A stretch of DNA of 36,852 bases, taken from contig JBDGSJ010000021.1 in assembly GCA_042217585.1 (NCBI GenBank), positions 1 to 36,852 of the forward strand. The letters are read 5' to 3'. The position numbers and the translations under genes are program-made. Below the pieces are notes generated by a model. The model ran no database searches. It worked only from the letters and a program-made list of their open reading frames with translations, and was not told the origin of the DNA. This document shows, one piece after another, positions 7,955 to 17,580 of the stretch (position 1 is its first letter; every line of letters starts with the position of its first letter). Source of the DNA: Candidatus Nanohaloarchaea archaeon. GTDB taxonomy: Archaea > Nanohalarchaeota > Nanosalinia > Nanosalinales > Nanosalinaceae.

Positions 7955-8665
7955 ATGGACCGATACGACATCCAGATGCTGGCAGAGCAGCCCTGGGAGG
8001 AGACTCTTGAGGCACTGACCGCGGACATGGACCCCGAGGACATCGATCTGATGGTTCTCACGGAGCGGTACAGGAAGTACATCGACGAGATGCAGGAATA
8101 CGATCTCAGGGTTCCCGCGAAGGCGATACGTGTATGTTCGGCGCTCCTGAAGATGAAGGCGATGACACTGTACTACGAGGAGGAACAGCAGGAAGAGGAG
8201 CCGGACGAGATTGAGGAGATGGAAGAGGTCGAGGAAGATGAGGACGAGATGCCGGACCTGGACATGGGACCTGAACTTGACATGCCGGTGAAGGCGAAGC
8301 CCCGTCGCAGGGTCGCGCTGAAGGACCTGAAGGAGTCACTGGAGGACGCCATGGAGATAAAGGAGCGCAGGGAGGAGAGACAGGAGATGCGTGAGGAGAT
8401 AGACCAGGCGTTCGAGATAGAGGAAGAGGATCTGACCCAGAAGCTGGACAGTCTCTTCGACCGTATCAAGGGACTGGTCTCCCGGGAGACGAGGGAAGAG
8501 GTCGAGTTCGAGAAGCTGATAGAGTCCGATGATAACGAGGAGAAGATCGAGAAGTTCAAACACATACTGACCCTTGAGAACGACGAGAAGGTCGAGGTAA
8601 TACAGGAGGAGTTCCTCGGCCAGCTACACGTAAAACCTGACCATGAAGCGGAGACCGTGAACTGA
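7955..8665 (+). CDS. scpA: kleisin ScpA
   Basis: MDPEDIDL..LT.RY...ALLKMKA N-terminal motif and C-terminal QEEFLG; directly downstream of smc. Confidence 0.9.
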   Translation: MDRYDIQMLAEQPWEETLEALTADMDPEDIDLMVLTERYRKYIDEMQEYDLRVPAKAIRVCSALLKMKAMTLYYEEEQQEEEPDEIEEMEEVEEDEDEMPDLDMGPELDMPVKAKPRRRVALKDLKESLEDAMEIKERREERQEMREEIDQAFEIEEEDLTQKLDSLFDRIKGLVSRETREEVEFEKLIESDDNEEKIEKFKHILTLENDEKVEVIQEEFLGQLHVKPDHEAETVN

Positions 8666-8666
8666 G

Positions 8667-9203
8667 ATGGAAGAGAAGAAGGCAAGACTCGAGGCCGCAC
8701 TTTACCTGTCGGATGAACCGATCGACCGGGAGGAGATAGCGGACGTCCTGGACCTGGGTAGCATGGGCTACGTCGACATGCTGATAGAGGAGTTCGAGGA
8801 GGACCTTGAGGCGGAGAACCGTGGGATGGAGCTGGTGGAGACCGGGGACGGCTACGAGCTGAAGGTGAAGAGGGACCATCTCGACCACGTCGAGCACCTG
8901 GCGCCGCACCAGGACCTGAACGAGGGACAGCTCCGGACCCTCTCGCTGATCGCGTACAACGCGCCGGTGGAGCAGACCGACATCGTGGATATAAGGGGTA
9001 ACAGGACCTACCAGCACGTGAAGGAGCTGGTGGACCGCGGGTTCATCTCGAAGGAGAAGGACGGCAGGACCGCGATACTTGACACGACCGACTTCTTCCT
9101 TGACTACTTTGATATCGACTCGCTGGAGGAGTTCCGGCGGCAGTTCGAGAACGAGCAGAAGGGCAGAGAGGGAGAGCAGCAGGGGATGGAGATGTACGAG
9201 TGA
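8667..9203 (+). CDS. scpB: kite subunit ScpB
   Basis: Motifs LEAALY, LRTLSLIAY..PV.Q..I..IRG and TTDFFLDYF. Confidence 0.93.
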   Translation: MEEKKARLEAALYLSDEPIDREEIADVLDLGSMGYVDMLIEEFEEDLEAENRGMELVETGDGYELKVKRDHLDHVEHLAPHQDLNEGQLRTLSLIAYNAPVEQTDIVDIRGNRTYQHVKELVDRGFISKEKDGRTAILDTTDFFLDYFDIDSLEEFRRQFENEQKGREGEQQGMEMYE

Positions 9204-9240
9204 CCGGACCGGTTTAAACTTTCGCTGACAAACCCGGGTT

Positions 9241-11127
9241 ATGGAGCTCACCAGCCTTGACCTCTCGCTGCTGATGGATGAGTTCGGCGAACTGGAGGAG
9301 GGACACATACAGAAGGTCTACCAGCGGGAAAAGGAGCTCACGCTGGAGGTCTACATCCACGGAGAGGGCAAGAAGAGGCTGGTGATAGGCACGGACCGCG
9401 CCTTCCTCTCGAAGTACAAGCGCGACAACCCGACGCGCCCGCCGGGGTTCTGCATGGAGCTGAGGAAGCATCTCTCTCGCGTCGATTCGATACACCAGGA
9501 GGGCTTCGACCGGGTCCTGGAGATAGAGAGCGGCGACACAAGGCTCGTATGTGAGCTGTTCGGCAAGGGCAACTTCATACTGGTCAAGGACGGGAAAGTG
9601 ATAGGCGCTCTCAGACAGGAGGAATGGTCCAACAGGAAGATAGAGGTCGGCGAACCCTACCAGTATCCCGAGCCGGCGGAGGACCCCCGCGAGCTCGACG
9701 ACTTCTTCGAGGCGATGGATGAGGGCGAGGTGGTCCGGAGGATAGCATCCGATCTCAGCCTCGGCGGGACCTACGCCGAGGAGGTCTGCGCCCGGGCGGA
9801 CGTCGACAAGAACACGGAGATAGAGGACCTGAACGGGGACGAAAGGGAAAGGCTGAGGGAGAAGATAGGCGAGGTCCTGGAACCCGAGATGAGTCCGAGG
9901 CTGTACGTGGACGAGGGTCCGGAGCGTGCCGCACCCTTCAGGCTGGAGAAGTACGCGGACCACGAGTACGAGGAGTTCGACAGTTTCTCAGAGGCCCTGG
10001 ACAACTACTACTACCGGAGGAAGCAGAGGAAGCACGAGAGAAAGCGAAGGGAGGCCTACGAGGAGAAGAAGAGCGGGCTGGAGAAACAGAAGGAGCAGCA
10101 GGAGAGAAAGATGAATGGACTGGAGAAGTCCGCGGAGCAGAACAGGGAGAGAGCGGAGAAGATATACGAGAACTACCAGATGCTGCAGAAGGTCAAGGAC
10201 CAGGTCTCGAAGGGGATAAGTGAGAACGGCTGGGACCGGGCTGAGGAGAAGATAGAGGAGTCGGATACCGGGCTCTCCGAGAAGGTGAACTCGCTGAACG
10301 AGCAGGAGAACTTCGTATCGGTCTCTGTGGACGGCGACAACCTGAAGATATACCTGGACCGGGACCTGGAGGCGACCGCCTCCTACTACTACGACAGGGC
10401 GAAGGAATCCGAATCAAAGATGGAGAACGTGGAGGAGGCTTTAGAGGAGACGGAGAGACAGCTTGAGGAGCTTGAAGAGGAGGAAGTGGACGTGGAAGAA
10501 GTGATGGAGGACAAGACCGAGAAGAGGAAGAAGAAATGGTTCGAGAAGTACCGCTGGTTCTACTCCTCGGGCGGACACCTGGTCCTGGCGGGGAGGGACC
10601 AGCAGACCAACGACATGCTGGTCAGCAAGCACATGGAGAGCGACGACCTCTACTTCCACGCTGACTTCGACGGCGCACCCTCAGTCGTGCTGAAGGACGG
10701 ACAGGAAGCCGGCGAGGAGGACCGGAGAGAGGCCGCGAAGGCCGCAGTCACATTCGCGAAGACCTGGAAGGCCGGGATCGGTGCGGACGACGTCTACTAC
10801 GTGGACCCGGAGCAGGTCACCGAGGAGCCGGAGAGCGGGGAGTACCTGGAGAAGGGATCGTTCGTGATAAGAGGTGACCGGGAGTACATCAGGAACGTCT
10901 CCGTGGAGGCTGCGGTCGGACCCTACGAGATAGAGGACGGGAAGTTCGTGCCTGTCTGCGGGCCTGTCAGCGCCGTGGAGAGCAACTGCGAGGGATACGT
11001 GGAGCTGAGGCCGGGGAACACCAAGAAGTCGGAGCTCGCGAAGCAGATCCGATCCCGTTTCGACCAGGACCTGGACCTCGACTACGTGATAAGGTCGCTT
11101 CCGCCGGGGAAGTCGGAGATAGAGTAG
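9241..11127 (+). CDS. rqcH: ribosome quality control Rqc2/RqcH (NFACT/FbpA family)
   Basis: Motifs FCMELRKHL, FDRV, ELFGKGN, WFEKYRWF, GRDQQTND, FHAD..GAP and PESGEYL.KGSF.IRG. TATA TTTAAA at 9213-9218. Confidence 0.93.
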   Translation: MELTSLDLSLLMDEFGELEEGHIQKVYQREKELTLEVYIHGEGKKRLVIGTDRAFLSKYKRDNPTRPPGFCMELRKHLSRVDSIHQEGFDRVLEIESGDTRLVCELFGKGNFILVKDGKVIGALRQEEWSNRKIEVGEPYQYPEPAEDPRELDDFFEAMDEGEVVRRIASDLSLGGTYAEEVCARADVDKNTEIEDLNGDERERLREKIGEVLEPEMSPRLYVDEGPERAAPFRLEKYADHEYEEFDSFSEALDNYYYRRKQRKHERKRREAYEEKKSGLEKQKEQQERKMNGLEKSAEQNRERAEKIYENYQMLQKVKDQVSKGISENGWDRAEEKIEESDTGLSEKVNSLNEQENFVSVSVDGDNLKIYLDRDLEATASYYYDRAKESESKMENVEEALEETERQLEELEEEEVDVEEVMEDKTEKRKKKWFEKYRWFYSSGGHLVLAGRDQQTNDMLVSKHMESDDLYFHADFDGAPSVVLKDGQEAGEEDRREAAKAAVTFAKTWKAGIGADDVYYVDPEQVTEEPESGEYLEKGSFVIRGDREYIRNVSVEAAVGPYEIEDGKFVPVCGPVSAVESNCEGYVELRPGNTKKSELAKQIRSRFDQDLDLDYVIRSLPPGKSEIE

Positions 11128-12726
11128 TCAACCGAGTTTCTCCAGCCGGTCCTCTATCGACGGGTGAAGCCTTGCAAGGCTGTAGAGCCTTCCCGCGGAC
11201 CGTTTCATGTCGTTCGCGTCCGCGAGCTTCTCAAGCGCAGACCTCGTGACCTCTTCACCCTTGATCTCTGCGGCGTGGCGGTCCGCCTCGTACTCCAGCT
11301 TCTGGGATATGAAGCCCTGGACCCCGAGGAAGTAAAACGCCAGCACTGCCATAATAAGCCCCATGAAGCCGTAGAAGCCGGCCACATCCATCACCGGTGA
11401 CACGAGGGATGTCCGGGTCACCAGCGCCATCCACGCCCCGAAGAAGACGAATCCCGCACCTCCCTTGATCCAGAGGTGATGTCTCTCGAGGTGTCCGAGC
11501 TCGTGGGCAAGGACCGCCTCGATCTCGTCCCGCGAGAAGTTGTCCAGCAGGTAGTCGGTGATGAAGACGTAGTTGAAGCCGGGAACCGTGCCGGCGACGA
11601 CGGCGTTGGCGTTCTTCATCCCGCGGGCCTCTATGGTCCTTATGTCCCGGAGCTCAAGTCCCTGCGCCCCGCAGAACTCCTCGAGCTCTTCCCTGATCTC
11701 TCCCTCCGTGGACCGGCTGGACTGGAAGACCATCATCAGGTAGGGGCTGAGAGCCATCACCCCGAGTATGAACGCCCCGAACGCCACCAGCAGCACGGGG
11801 AGGCTGGAGGCAAATCCGGCGGGAAGGTTGACGACAAGGAACTGCCAGCCCGCCACGGGAACCAGCACCAGCCCCATTCCAGCGAGGAACTTCTTCACTC
11901 CGCCCTTCCTCGAGGTATCGAGGTCTCTTATCCTCTTCAGGCTGGGGTAAATGCCGAGGAACGCCGAGCCGCCCGCCCCGAGGACCGGAACCAGTATCGC
12001 CCCCATTATACCGACCAGCGCCAGGTTTATCCCCGAGACCGGGAGGACGGAGGAGAAGACCATCCTCGAGACCAGCACCATGCCTGACTCGAAGACCACC
12101 GGAAGCAAAAGGACCATCAGCGGGCTTATTCCGAATATGGCCGCCCTGTTCAGCCTGTGGACCTTCTCCTCCTTTTCAAGTTCCATCTTTTCGACCCTCC
12201 GGGCGTAGTACCTGAAAGCCGTGAAGGGAAGGACCAGGAGAGCGAGGAGAGAGACCGCGGAAAGACCGGCCGTGGAGCCGGGAACCCTGTACTCCAGGCT
12301 TCCTGACAGCTTTTTCACCCTGTAACGGTCCTGGAGGAAGTCCCCTCCCGTCCTCTCCACAGGACCCCTGACCGCGGCGGAGCTGTCGTAGGAGACCGTG
12401 AAGTTCTCGGCCCGGGAGATGTTGAGCGGAGCCAGCCTCTCGAGGTCTACGGACCGGGAGAGAAGACCTGTCCTCTCACCCATCGATACCGAGTACTTCA
12501 GCTGTTTCACTCCTCCCTCGGTCTTCGCGGTCCTCAGTTCCGGCTCCAGTTCTCCGCGGGAGATCTCTTTCTCCAGCGCCGAGGCGTTTACCGGCGGCTC
12601 GAGGTAGTACTTGACGTAGTCGTTACTGCCCGGGTTGTCTATCAGGTGGACCTCGCCCGCGGGCGCGGACATCACCGGAACTGAAAGGATCAGAAACAGC
12701 AGGGAAACCAGGAACAGCTTCCTCAT
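11128..12726 (-). CDS. M48 family (HtpX/Ste24-like) membrane zinc metalloprotease with extra N-terminal extracellular domain
   Basis: Signal peptide, multiple TM helices, NA...G, AHELGH, EYEAD and HPSIEDRL. Confidence 0.88.
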   Translation of the reverse strand: MRKLFLVSLLFLILSVPVMSAPAGEVHLIDNPGSNDYVKYYLEPPVNASALEKEISRGELEPELRTAKTEGGVKQLKYSVSMGERTGLLSRSVDLERLAPLNISRAENFTVSYDSSAAVRGPVERTGGDFLQDRYRVKKLSGSLEYRVPGSTAGLSAVSLLALLVLPFTAFRYYARRVEKMELEKEEKVHRLNRAAIFGISPLMVLLLPVVFESGMVLVSRMVFSSVLPVSGINLALVGIMGAILVPVLGAGGSAFLGIYPSLKRIRDLDTSRKGGVKKFLAGMGLVLVPVAGWQFLVVNLPAGFASSLPVLLVAFGAFILGVMALSPYLMMVFQSSRSTEGEIREELEEFCGAQGLELRDIRTIEARGMKNANAVVAGTVPGFNYVFITDYLLDNFSRDEIEAVLAHELGHLERHHLWIKGGAGFVFFGAWMALVTRTSLVSPVMDVAGFYGFMGLIMAVLAFYFLGVQGFISQKLEYEADRHAAEIKGEEVTRSALEKLADANDMKRSAGRLYSLARLHPSIEDRLEKLG

Positions 12727-12758
12727 GGCGGATGACCTATCTTCAACGATTAAAAGTT

Positions 12759-13142
12759 TCAGCCGTCCAGCTCGCGGACCTTCTGCTTTACCTCGTGGAA
12801 CTCCTCGAACGGCTTCACGCCGGGCTTTATCGGGTCCTCGATCCCCCAGACATCCACGTCCTCCACACCGAACTCGTCCTCCAGGTATTCCCTGTGCCTC
12901 TCCGTCATCACCACGACCCGGTCCGCCTCTTCCAGCGCTCTCTCCGATACCTGGTCCGGCTCCGGCTTCACGAACCGCTCCGCGTCCTCGCCGGCGAGAA
13001 GCTCCCTCGCGTTCTCCGCGACGTGGTCGACCGCGTCGGTCCCCGCGGATTCGACCTCGAGGTCCGGGTGATACTTCCGGGTCAGTGCCTCCGCCACCGG
13101 ACTCCTGAAGCTATTGCCGGTGCAGACGTAAAGTATCCTCAT
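12759..13142 (-). CDS. low-molecular-weight protein-tyrosine phosphatase / ArsC family protein (127 aa)
   Basis: True start MRILYVCTGNSFRS (CX5R loop), plus SAG, ADRVVVM and W.IEDP. Confidence 0.88.
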   Translation of the reverse strand: MRILYVCTGNSFRSPVAEALTRKYHPDLEVESAGTDAVDHVAENARELLAGEDAERFVKPEPDQVSERALEEADRVVVMTERHREYLEDEFGVEDVDVWGIEDPIKPGVKPFEEFHEVKQKVRELDG

Positions 13143-13200
13143 GGAAGGTGTTTTCCAACGACTTCTTATCTTTTTATGGGAGAGGACACACAGATTCAAC

Positions 13201-14568
13201 ATGTCGGAGCGACTCGGCTTCAGGGAGGTCCTGGCGATGGGGATTGGAGGAGTGGTCGGGGGAGGCATCTTCGCGGTTCTGGGAGTAGCGGCCCGGATAG
13301 CGGGAAACGCTGCTTTCATATCCTACTTCCTCTCGGGACTGATCGCTCTGGCTTCGGGTTACTCTTACGTCAGGATGACCTCTCACCTGGAGGAGGACGG
13401 CGGCTCCTTCACTTTCCTGGAACACTACGTCTCCAACAAGAACATTGCCGGGATGGTCAGCTGGGTGCTGATAGTCGGATACATCGGAACGATGGCTATG
13501 TACGCTTATGCCTTCGGCTCTTTCTCGGCAAGGATGCTTGGAATAGGGGCTCACACCGTGGTCCGCGGACTGATCTCGATCGGGATACTCGGGCTCTTCG
13601 TGGGCGTGAATCTTATCGGGGTGCAGAAGACCGGTGAATCAGAGGACCTGCTGGTCTACGGCAAGGTCGCTATACTACTGCTTTTCGGAGGCGCAGGTCT
13701 CTGGGCCCTGCTTTCGGGTCCCGGACCAGGCCTTCTGCCGGGAGGCCTCTTCAACAGGGGTCCTGTCTCCCCGATCGTTGGTATAGGTACGATATTCGTC
13801 TCCTTCCAGGGCTGGGAGCTTCTCACCTACGAGTACTCCGAGATGGAGGGAGGGACGGAGACCCTGAAGAGAGGTGTTATGTGGACGATCGGCATATCAA
13901 CCCTGCTCTACGTGATGACCGCCATCTTGACGACATCGCTCGTTCCTACGCCGATGATAATCAAGCACAAGGAGACGGTACTGGCTTTCGCGGCGGCAAA
14001 GATATTCAAAAGCCATATAATGAGGGATCTGGCAGGAATCCTAGTTTCGGTCGCGGCCCTGTTCTCCACAGCCTCCGCCATCAACGCTACGCTTTTCGGA
14101 ACCGCCAGGTTCACACACAAGATGGCGACGGAGAACGAGCTCCCCGAATTATTCTCTTTCAGGAACAAGAAGGACATACCTTCCCGTAGCCTGATTATAA
14201 TAGGACTGATAACCGCGCTTTTCACCTATCTCGGAACCCTGGAAGGTATCACGACCTTCGCATCTCTCTCCTTCGTTATGATATTTGGAACGGTGAACTA
14301 CGTCTGCCTTAGGGATCCTGATGTGGATGTAAACGGCATAGTGCCGCTGACCGGGTTGCTGGGCACCGCCTCGGTCCTCATCCTTGAGGTCTGGCATCTC
14401 TGGACCACCGAGTTCCACATGCTCGTTTTCATAACAGGGATATTCGGGGTCCTTTTCCTGCTCGAGTTCCTGTACTTCGAAAGGGAGGAGATCGAGGAAG
14501 AGGTCGCGACGGAGGTCCAGAAAGTCGAGGAGGAAGTCGAGGAAGAGCTCGGCGAAGAGGACCAATAA
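13201..14568 (+). CDS. APC-family amino acid permease
   Basis: Start MSERLG at 13201. Motifs GGVVGGGIF, SFQGWE and SAINATLFGTAR; about 12 TM helices. Confidence 0.9.
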   Translation: MSERLGFREVLAMGIGGVVGGGIFAVLGVAARIAGNAAFISYFLSGLIALASGYSYVRMTSHLEEDGGSFTFLEHYVSNKNIAGMVSWVLIVGYIGTMAMYAYAFGSFSARMLGIGAHTVVRGLISIGILGLFVGVNLIGVQKTGESEDLLVYGKVAILLLFGGAGLWALLSGPGPGLLPGGLFNRGPVSPIVGIGTIFVSFQGWELLTYEYSEMEGGTETLKRGVMWTIGISTLLYVMTAILTTSLVPTPMIIKHKETVLAFAAAKIFKSHIMRDLAGILVSVAALFSTASAINATLFGTARFTHKMATENELPELFSFRNKKDIPSRSLIIIGLITALFTYLGTLEGITTFASLSFVMIFGTVNYVCLRDPDVDVNGIVPLTGLLGTASVLILEVWHLWTTEFHMLVFITGIFGVLFLLEFLYFEREEIEEEVATEVQKVEEEVEEELGEEDQ

Positions 14569-14603
14569 AAGCATTAGACCCCAGGACAAAACTGTAGGTC
14601 CAT

Positions 14604-14676
14604 GGCGGGGTGGTGTAGTGGACCATCATCGTACCCCGGGGCGGTACGGACCTGGGTTCAAATCCCAGCCCTGCCA
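14604..14676 (+). tRNA. tRNA-Pro(GGG) with C at position 33
   Basis: Acceptor GGCGGGG/CCCTGCC+A. Anticodon stem GTACC/GGTAC with loop CC-GGG-GC. T arm CTGGG-TTCAAAT-CCCAG. Confidence 0.85.
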
Positions 14677-14677
14677 C

Positions 14678-15757
14678 TTATTCCTTTTTCAGGGAGCTGA
14701 CGGTTGACCTGAACGTCTCCGCCGGAACCCTGTTCATGTAGACGCCGTGGCCCCCATCCCGTTCAGATCTCTCGTAGAAGAACCAGGCCGAACCGTTGAA
14801 CAGCTCCACGGACATGTACCTCAGGGCCCCTGACCCCGCGGACGACCTGATGGCCTCGCCGGGGTCCGACCCCACGAAGACCTTCCCGTTTCTCAGGAAG
14901 CCGTACCGAGATCTCTCCTGAGTGACGTGGAAGATGGAGGGCCTCCAGTCGTAGAAGACAAGCTGACTGCCGTTCACATCCAGGATCGAATCGAGCCGTG
15001 GAGCCCTGCCTGAACCAGGTCCGAAACTGATCTCTCGGAGGTACTCTGGTCCGCTGTCGCCGGTCCTGTAGACCAGAGTCGCCTGTTCCGTGAAGCTTGA
15101 TGAAGAGGCATGAACGTACAGTTTCCCGTCGTGAAGGACCGGGTCCTTGTAATGAGTGAAACCTGTATCGAATCGAAGTCTCCGGGCTTCAGAGGGCTGG
15201 AAACCGGAGATACTGGATGAGGTCATCTTCATTATCTCCCAGCGACCGCTGGAACCGTTCTGGTAGCTCAGGTAAAGCACGTAACCCCCGTCCCTCTTTC
15301 CGATCGCCGCTCCCTCTATCGATAGCGCCCCTATCTCCTCTTTATGTACGGTCCAGATGGTCTCCATCCGGGAACCCAGCTGTATGATGGACCCCCTGAA
15401 ACCTCTCCTCTCCGGTCCCCGGGACCGGGTGTACAGGTAGATACCCTCACCTCTGACAGCCAGGGATGAAGGGCTTCCCACCCAGTTCCCGGTCCCGCCC
15501 CTGGCTGACCTCAGGCGGACCGCCCTCTCAGGATCGAAGAACGGGTTCGCCGCCTCAACCCTATCAGTGAACGCGCCGTATAGGACCCTTCCCGCCGCCC
15601 TCACCCGTGTCTCCACCTGGTTCCTGAATCCGTTGAACCCTGTGCTGTAAAGGCGATCAGATACCTCGCCAAGGACCTCCCACGGACCGACCCCTGCGAG
15701 CGAGACACCTGAGAGAACCACGGAAAGGACCAGGAGAGCACTCAGACCTTTTCTCAA
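14678..15757 (-). CDS. secreted or membrane-anchored beta-propeller glycoside-hydrolase-like protein (GH32/43/130-type fold)
   Basis: N-terminal signal/TM segment; blade-like motifs WVGSPS, SIEGAAI and HYKDPVL. Confidence 0.5.
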   Translation of the reverse strand: MRKGLSALLVLSVVLSGVSLAGVGPWEVLGEVSDRLYSTGFNGFRNQVETRVRAAGRVLYGAFTDRVEAANPFFDPERAVRLRSARGGTGNWVGSPSSLAVRGEGIYLYTRSRGPERRGFRGSIIQLGSRMETIWTVHKEEIGALSIEGAAIGKRDGGYVLYLSYQNGSSGRWEIMKMTSSSISGFQPSEARRLRFDTGFTHYKDPVLHDGKLYVHASSSSFTEQATLVYRTGDSGPEYLREISFGPGSGRAPRLDSILDVNGSQLVFYDWRPSIFHVTQERSRYGFLRNGKVFVGSDPGEAIRSSAGSGALRYMSVELFNGSAWFFYERSERDGGHGVYMNRVPAETFRSTVSSLKKE

Positions 15758-15908
15758 TATTATAGGACCTCCGTAACTCTCTATAGCCTTTTAATCTTTT
15801 CAGTTTGAGGTCCGGTGGCGATCTGGATCGACAGCCAGGTGATATCTCCGGGACCTGAATAGCCGTGTTAACTTTTAATACAGGCGCCGGTTTAATTTGT
15901 AAACAGTG

Positions 15909-16991
15909 ATGGATCCGGGAGAGGTATCTGATCACACAGTGAAGGAAGTGAAGGAGAAGGTAAAAGGCGGAGATATCAGCGCTGAAGCGGCGCTGGATGC
16001 CGAGAGGTCTGGCAAGGAACGGAAAACGCTCACAGGATGGCTTGAAAAAAGGGCTGAAGACGGAGAAACAGTTTCACAAGAACAGGAGGATTCAGATACT
16101 ATGGACGATTCAAAGAAGGAAAAGATGAGGGAAAAAGCGGAGGAAATCGAGTCATCGATCGAAGAAGTAACCTCGTCTTTCGAAACACTTTCATCCGTCT
16201 CCTCACAGATGGCGGAGAGAAGCGAGAAGCAGGCAGAAAACCTGGATGAACTTAAGTCAGGTATAAACGAGATATCAGCTTCTGCAGAGCAGATAGCGAA
16301 CAACTCGGAGGACGCCGCCGACTCAATATCCAACATAAACAGGTTCTCCCAGCAGGCAGGCCAGTCAGCCGAGGAAGGGATGAGCAAGATGGAGGAGATG
16401 GAAGAGACAGTCTCCGAGGCCCGGAGCTCGGTTGAGGAATTGACGGAGAAAAGCAAGAACATAAGGGAGATAACGAAGACTATAAACGATATCGCGGAGA
16501 AGACCGACCTCCTGGCACTGAACGCCTCCATCGAGGCCGCAAGGGCCGGTGAGCAGGGACGCGGATTCGCCGTCGTCGCCGACGAGGTCAAGCAGCTCGC
16601 GGAGAACACCTCGAACTCCACAGAGGACATATCGAACATGGTCGAGGACATGGAGAACAGCATAGACGACGTGAGCGAGAAGATCGGCCAGACCGAGGAT
16701 ATACTGGAGAACAGCTCGGGCGTTATCAGGTCAGCTCTAACGGCTCTCGAGGAGATATCCGACGAGATATCCAACCTTTCCTCCGAGATGCAGGAGATAT
16801 CCGCCGCGGCCCAGCAGCAGTCCTCCAGCACCATGGACATCGGGGAGACCGCCGAACAGGTCTCTTCAGCCGCAGAAGAGCTCTCAGCAGGCATACAGGA
16901 GGTCACATCCACCGTCGAGGAGGAAAGCACCAAGATAGAGAAAGTCGAAGAAGACATCAAGGAGACGCGTGAAATCCTTGAGGACACGTAG
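15909..16991 (+). CDS. soluble methyl-accepting chemotaxis protein with no TM, HAMP or recognisable sensor domain
   Basis: Hairpin tip [38 protein letters not shown]. Methylation-type sites [18 protein letters not shown] and QEVTST. Confidence 0.93.
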   Translation: MDPGEVSDHTVKEVKEKVKGGDISAEAALDAERSGKERKTLTGWLEKRAEDGETVSQEQEDSDTMDDSKKEKMREKAEEIESSIEEVTSSFETLSSVSSQMAERSEKQAENLDELKSGINEISASAEQIANNSEDAADSISNINRFSQQAGQSAEEGMSKMEEMEETVSEARSSVEELTEKSKNIREITKTINDIAEKTDLLALNASIEAARAGEQGRGFAVVADEVKQLAENTSNSTEDISNMVEDMENSIDDVSEKIGQTEDILENSSGVIRSALTALEEISDEISNLSSEMQEISAAAQQQSSSTMDIGETAEQVSSAAEELSAGIQEVTSTVEEESTKIEKVEEDIKETREILEDT

Positions 16992-17004
16992 AGGCGTGTA
17001 AAAA

Positions 17005-17580
17005 ATGCAAGGAGAGGAGGAAGAAGAATCGCTGGCCGATACCACCCAGATATTCGTGTTTGAACTGGCCGGGGAGGAGTACGCGCTGGAGATAGAGAGA
17101 GCCAAGGAAGTTATCAAGGCCGACGAGAAGAAGATAAACCCTGTTCCCAACGTACCAGACTACATACGCGGGATAACGAACATCAGGGGCCAGGTAGTCC
17201 CTGTGATAGATCTAGAACCGCGTTTCGACCTGAAAGAGAACGAGAGCAAGTTTATAGTCGTGATAGAGGTGAACGATGCCAGCGCGGGTATGCTGGTGGA
17301 TGATGTCAAGGAAGTCCTGGACGTGAAGAAGGACCGTATAAAGGATTCTCCGTCGATACTGGAGGAGGAGATACACGCGGACTACATAAAGGGAGTCGCG
17401 GTCCTTGATGAGCGCCTGATAATCATACTGGATCTCGAGAACGGACTCGGCGAGGAGGAAGCGATGAAGATAAATGAGATAGGGGAGAAGATGGGAGAGG
17501 ACGAAGACGAGGAGGATGAAGAGGAACTGACCCAGGAAGAGATACGGAAAAAGGCCAAGGAAAGAGTTAAGGAGAGCTGA
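17005..17580 (+). CDS. cheW: chemotaxis coupling protein CheW with acidic C-terminal tail
   Basis: Motifs FELAGEEYAL, VPNVPDYIRGITNIRGQVVPVIDL and GMLVDDV. Confidence 0.95.
   Translation: MQGEEEEESLADTTQIFVFELAGEEYALEIERAKEVIKADEKKINPVPNVPDYIRGITNIRGQVVPVIDLEPRFDLKENESKFIVVIEVNDASAGMLVDDVKEVLDVKKDRIKDSPSILEEEIHADYIKGVAVLDERLIIILDLENGLGEEEAMKINEIGEKMGEDEDEEDEEELTQEEIRKKAKERVKES

Noticed and set aside
5145..8700. Long antisense ORFs opposite smc/scpA, and similar ones opposite aspS, the MCP, cheA and glyA
   Set aside because: These are Ser/Leu/Phe-rich shadows of GAG/AAG-rich sense genes in high-GC DNA, with no motifs or start signals.
12759..13319. N-terminal extensions in the ORF track (ArsC-like from 13319, permease from 13141, CheY2 from 18467, 24309, 25340, glyA 26107, folA 30469)
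   Set aside because: The extensions overlap neighbouring genes or promoters. Family motifs and TATA spacing support the downstream starts reported.
14652..14676. tRNA-Pro 3' end as the attachment site of an integrated element carrying the che cluster
   Set aside because: I found no duplicated tRNA 3' end downstream and no integrase or transposase in the window.
15808..15856. Imperfect hairpin AGGTCC...CTGG...CCAG...GGACCT between divergent genes; possible K-turn or H/ACA RNA
   Set aside because: K-turn geometry is not clean and no ACA box follows, so it cannot be distinguished from chance in GC-rich DNA.
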